This document shows, piece by piece, positions 9,748 to 13,342 of a stretch of 13,342 nucleotides of DNA. This DNA is from Paramicrosporidium saccamoebae KSL3. Taxonomy: Eukaryota; Fungi; Cryptomycota. Each line of letters begins with the position of its first letter. Position 1 is the stretch's first letter. A program made the position numbers and the translations under genes. The stretch spans positions 1 through 13,342 of the forward strand of contig MTSL01000203.1 in the NCBI GenBank assembly GCA_002794465.1. Reading direction: 5' to 3'. The notes under the pieces are model-generated. The model ran no database searches, had not been told where the DNA came from, and saw only the letters and a program-made list of their open reading frames with translations.

Positions 9748-12009
9748 ATGTCCCCAAGAGGTGCAACGGCAATGACGATGATCCGCAAACGACACACCGA
9801 GCCGTCCTCCATCACCGCGGCGCCTGCCCCGACAATCGAGCCCAATGTAAAGGGCCGTGCACTCTCAGTGTCGCCGGTCCGGAAGACGGTGATGAAGAAT
9901 AACAATTACTGGACTCTGACCGCTACGAGGAGTCTGTTACTAATTTGCGTCGTTTCATTCTTTCTAAGATTCGCCTTGGTGAATGAGCCCACAGAAGTTG
10001 TGTACTCGCCAGTAAAATGTATTGATTTTAGATTTGACGAGGTGCATTTTGGAGGATTTGCGAGTAATTATTTGCGGAGGGAGTACTTTTTCGATGTCCA
10101 TCCGCCACTTGGTAAACTGATTATTGCTGGGATGGGATATCTGTTTGGCTATGATGGCGGGTTCACCTTTGCAAGCATTGGACAAAGCTACATTAACTCG
10201 TCGGCGCCATATGTGTCACTGCGTACGTTCATGGTGGTGCTTGGCGTGGGCAGCATTGCCTTATCTTATGCCACGCTAATTGAGATGGGATTTTCTGTGG
10301 TGAGTGCCACCTTGGTTGGTGGCCTGTTAGCATTTGACAATGCACTTGTGGTGCAGTCGAGATTCATTCTGCTAGACAGCATCATGATGTTCTTTATCAG
10401 CGCTGCTGTGTATGCGTGGATCAAATTCCGTCAACAACGTGATCGTCCGTTCAAGACAATGTGGTGGTTGTGGTTAGCATTGGCGGGACTGTCGATCGGC
10501 GGCGCAACTTCGGTAAAGATGGTTGGTCTGTTTACTGTGGGATTGATTGGCGTTGCTACTGTGGTTGACTTGTGGGAGTTGGCTGACTGGAAACGTCGCC
10601 ACTCTGACAAGCTACTGGCAAGACACTTTGTGTACCGGGCGGTCGCCTTGATCTTATTGCCGGTTATAATGTACTTGTCCTCCTACTACATGCATTTTGC
10701 GGTACTCACCCGGACTGGTCCTGGAGACTCTTTCATGTCATCTGACTTTCAAACCACTCTTCAAGGCAACCAGATGCACGAAAAGAGTCGCGATGTTTAC
10801 TATGGAAATACGATTCGCTTAAAGAGTCGCTTGGAAGAGATTTACCTCCACTCTCATCTCCACAACTATCCCCGTCAGCATGAGGATGGAAAGATTAGCA
10901 GTGAAGGACAGCAGGTGACTGGATATCCTGGCAAAGACAAGAACAACATGTGGAAAGTCCTTCCTGCCAGTAATTTGACAAAGATTGCCTTGGACCAAAA
11001 AATTCCCATCCGTACCGGAGATGCGATCCGTCTGCTGCATGTGGGAACTGGAAAAGTGCTCTTTACTCACGATGTTGCTTCGCCGCTCACTCGCACCAAC
11101 ATGGAGGTGACTGTTGTAGATCCTAAAGACTCTGACAAGGCTGAGGCATCCGTATGGATTGTGGATGTCAAGACAGGAGGAGATAGCTTAAAGGCCCATT
11201 CTTGTCAGTTCCGGTTGATGAACAAGGTGCACAATGTTGCCCTGACAAATCATCAGCAGCCGTTGCCAAAGTGGGGATTCGGACAGCGTGAAGTCAATGG
11301 TGACAAGAGGGGCGCTGATGAGAATTCCAAATGGATTGTCTGGGACATTGATGAAGATGCGGATGAAGCGGACAAGGTGGCCTTGGCCATGAAGCCAAAG
11401 CCCAAGGTGTCCTTCTGGCAAAAGTTTACCGAGTTACAGAGAGCGCAGATTAGACACAATGCTGCGCTCATTGACAATCATCCATTCAAGTCCGATCCTA
11501 TCTCGTGGCCGTTTGTCCTCCGCGGTGTATCTTACTGGGACAAGAACAAGATGGGTAGAATTTATTTACTAGGAAATCCGATCGCGTGGTATGTCTGTCT
11601 TTTCGGTATTGCTGCCTTTTGCACCGTTGCCCTCCGCGAGCTCTTCCGCGCCCGACGCAACCGCACCAATCCTGATGAGAGCCATTTTGAAAGTCGTTTC
11701 ACTTACCGTGCGGGATATCTGCTGCTTGCCTGGTCCATCCATTACTTTCCCTTTTTCACCATGGCCCGTACACTCTATCTGCATCACTACCTGCCGGCTT
11801 ATACAATGAGCGCAATGGTGACTGGCGCCATCTATGATTATGGTTTGCGACGAACGCGCAACAAAGTCTTTGCGCATACTCTGCTTGCTGGGATTGCAAT
11901 CACGACAGTAGCAGCATTCTTTTATTTTGCCCCGATTACATATGGAACACAGATTGCCACCTCGGCGTTGGATGCCAAGAAATGGGTGAGCACCTGGGAT
12001 TGGCCCTGA
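9748..12009 (+). CDS. PMT4: Dolichyl-phosphate-mannose:protein O-mannosyltransferase, PMT4 subfamily, about 743 aa after removing a 30-nt intron (10002-10031)
   Basis: EVV|FDEVHFG, FFDVHPPLGK, SRFILLDS and MIR-domain region motifs. GPGDSFMSSDFQTTL and YPRQHEDGKISSEGQQVTGY resemble Pmt4 more than Pmt1/2. The exact start Met is uncertain because several lie in frame. Confidence 0.9.
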   Translation: MSPRGATAMTMIRKRHTEPSSITAAPAPTIEPNVKGRALSVSPVRKTVMKNNNYWTLTATRSLLLICVVSFFLRFALVNEPTEVVYSPVKCIDFRFDEVHFGGFASNYLRREYFFDVHPPLGKLIIAGMGYLFGYDGGFTFASIGQSYINSSAPYVSLRTFMVVLGVGSIALSYATLIEMGFSVVSATLVGGLLAFDNALVVQSRFILLDSIMMFFISAAVYAWIKFRQQRDRPFKTMWWLWLALAGLSIGGATSVKMVGLFTVGLIGVATVVDLWELADWKRRHSDKLLARHFVYRAVALILLPVIMYLSSYYMHFAVLTRTGPGDSFMSSDFQTTLQGNQMHEKSRDVYYGNTIRLKSRLEEIYLHSHLHNYPRQHEDGKISSEGQQVTGYPGKDKNNMWKVLPASNLTKIALDQKIPIRTGDAIRLLHVGTGKVLFTHDVASPLTRTNMEVTVVDPKDSDKAEASVWIVDVKTGGDSLKAHSCQFRLMNKVHNVALTNHQQPLPKWGFGQREVNGDKRGADENSKWIVWDIDEDADEADKVALAMKPKPKVSFWQKFTELQRAQIRHNAALIDNHPFKSDPISWPFVLRGVSYWDKNKMGRIYLLGNPIAWYVCLFGIAAFCTVALRELFRARRNRTNPDESHFESRFTYRAGYLLLAWSIHYFPFFTMARTLYLHHYLPAYTMSAMVTGAIYDYGLRRTRNKVFAHTLLAGIAITTVAAFFYFAPITYGTQIATSALDAKKWVSTWDWP

Positions 12010-12061
12010 GCTACGAAGCGCTAAATAAACTGAACCTTTATCAAGTCTAATCTGCAAGCTG

Positions 12062-12346
12062 TCAGTAATGACTGCGAAATGATGGGATATCTAGCTGGCT
12101 ATTTGTCGATATTCGTCCAAATATAGAAAGGAAAATCAGAGGCAAGGAATGGAATGGAAATATTGACTCTCTAATGTCTTGATATATTGACTCTCCAATG
12201 TCTTGACGTATTGACTCTCCGATTTCTTGACATATTGGCCCACCGACGCCTTGACATATTGACCCACCAATGTCCTGACATATTGACACTCTAATGTCTT
12301 GATATATGGACTCTCCGATGCTTGGACACCGTGTAGACGAGTCCAT
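12062..12346 (-). CDS. Hypothetical 94-aa octapeptide-repeat protein
   Basis: ATG-to-TGA frame that stays open across all seven repeat units. It fills an otherwise empty gap of about 450 nt. No recognisable homology. Confidence 0.3.
   Translation of the reverse strand: MDSSTRCPSIGESIYQDIRVSICQDIGGSICQGVGGPICQEIGESIRQDIGESIYQDIRESIFPFHSLPLIFLSIFGRISTNSQLDIPSFRSHY
12160..12327. repeat. Minisatellite, 7 x 24 nt, consensus approximately ATATTGACTCTCCAATGTCTTGAC
   Basis: Units start at 12160, 12184, 12208, 12232, 12256, 12280 and 12304. Substitutions only, no indels. Confidence 0.97.
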
Positions 12347-12461
12347 ACTAACTGGTAGTAAATAGTTCTTTGTCGCTCATTTATATTGATGTCGTGGTCA
12401 TACTTCCATCACGCAACAATGGCCAAGCTCAAATAAATCAAAATTGATTTTCTCGTTAGTG

Positions 12462-12809
12462 ATGAGTACGGACCTGCAGACCTTTATAGACCGTATACTG
12501 AATGGCAGAACTTATCTGTAGGACCGGTGAATGTCATTACTTGCGACGGCCGCGTCATTGTTGTACCAACACCACTATTTTGACGTGTAGGGGATACTCA
12601 AGGGTTATGACCAGACTGTCAACCTCATTCTCTCTCAGTGTCATGAGCGGATCTTTTCGCCCACTAACCCAGTGTCCGTGGCCCAGCTCGGGTTGTATCT
12701 AATTCGAGGAGAAAATGTTGCTGTGGTAGGTCTGATTGAGGAGCAGCTAGACGCCAAGGTGGATTACGAATCGCTTTGTGCCGAACCCCTAATGGCTGTC
12801 ATTCACTAG
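12462..12809 (+). CDS. LSM8: U6 snRNA-associated Sm-like protein LSm8, 96 aa; exons 12462-12492, 12522-12562 and 12591-12809
   Basis: The spliced product is MSTDLQTFIDRPVNVITCDGRVIVGILKGYDQTVNLILSQCHERIFS...LGLYLIRGENVAVVG, with Sm1 and Sm2 motifs typical of Lsm8. Introns are 29 and 28 nt. Confidence 0.94.
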
Positions 12810-12892
12810 TTTTGTATAAATAGAATTACATTGATGATTGAAACGACGTTAGCATTCGTGCGATGGTATAGCTACGGATCAAGGATTTCAAT

Positions 12893-13036
12893 AAATGGTC
12901 TTGTTAATGAGCGAACAGTTCTATTAAAGTTCATGGCATATAGACTACCACTCTTAACATGCCAGATTGTAGGCGAACAAATGGTCTTATGAGAGTGTGT
13001 GGCATGTAGATTACCACTCTCAATATTCCAGACTGT
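12893..13036. repeat. Two diverged tandem hairpin-forming units (12893-12970 and 12979-13036), possible structured ncRNA
   Basis: Both start AAATGGTCTT and end in a 37-nt block identical at 31 of 37 positions (12934-12970 vs 13000-13036). The 5' and 3' arms are complementary in both copies. Confidence 0.75.
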
Positions 13037-13126
13037 GGGATCGCTGTCCGGGTCAGACTCACTAATAACAAGCGGATACTGTTTAACAGAGTCTTATTAC
13101 TAATCTCTCAACATTGTATTAAAGAT

Positions 13127-13342
<216 letters not shown>

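Noticed and set aside
11569-12057. 162-aa minus-strand ORF
   Set aside because: It is antisense to the PMT4 3' end with no homology signal.
12905-12955. SECIS-like ATGA...AAA...GA pattern in hairpin copy A
   Set aside because: Helix II geometry does not fit, the pattern is not kept in copy B, and LSM8 has no in-frame TGA.

Overview
Very compact eukaryotic, fungal-type genomic DNA (standard code, no prokaryotic or mobile-element features). I reconstructed nine complete housekeeping genes plus one partial one by hand-splicing: a GS-I-like ligase, VMA7, RPL8, PMI40, mitochondrial GluRS, CMR1/WDR76, a GGA adaptor, PMT4, LSM8 and the 3' end of ADO1. They contain 18 very short introns (17 of 28-36 nt, one of 45 nt). 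All start GTA and 17 end TAG. Intergenic gaps go down to 19 nt (convergent) and 37 nt (divergent, seen twice). Tiny introns plus a retained mitochondrial GluRS suggest an early-diverging, genome-reduced fungal relative (Rozellomycota-like); this is inference only. The unexplained structure lies in the larger gaps and in one gene N-terminus: (i) a tandem pair of H/ACA-type RNAs upstream of RPL8; (ii) a 4x51-nt amplification of the strand preceding the HIGH motif of mitochondrial GluRS; (iii) a 7x24-nt minisatellite carrying a 94-aa octapeptide-repeat ORF; (iv) a duplicated hairpin with compensatory changes between LSM8 and ADO1.
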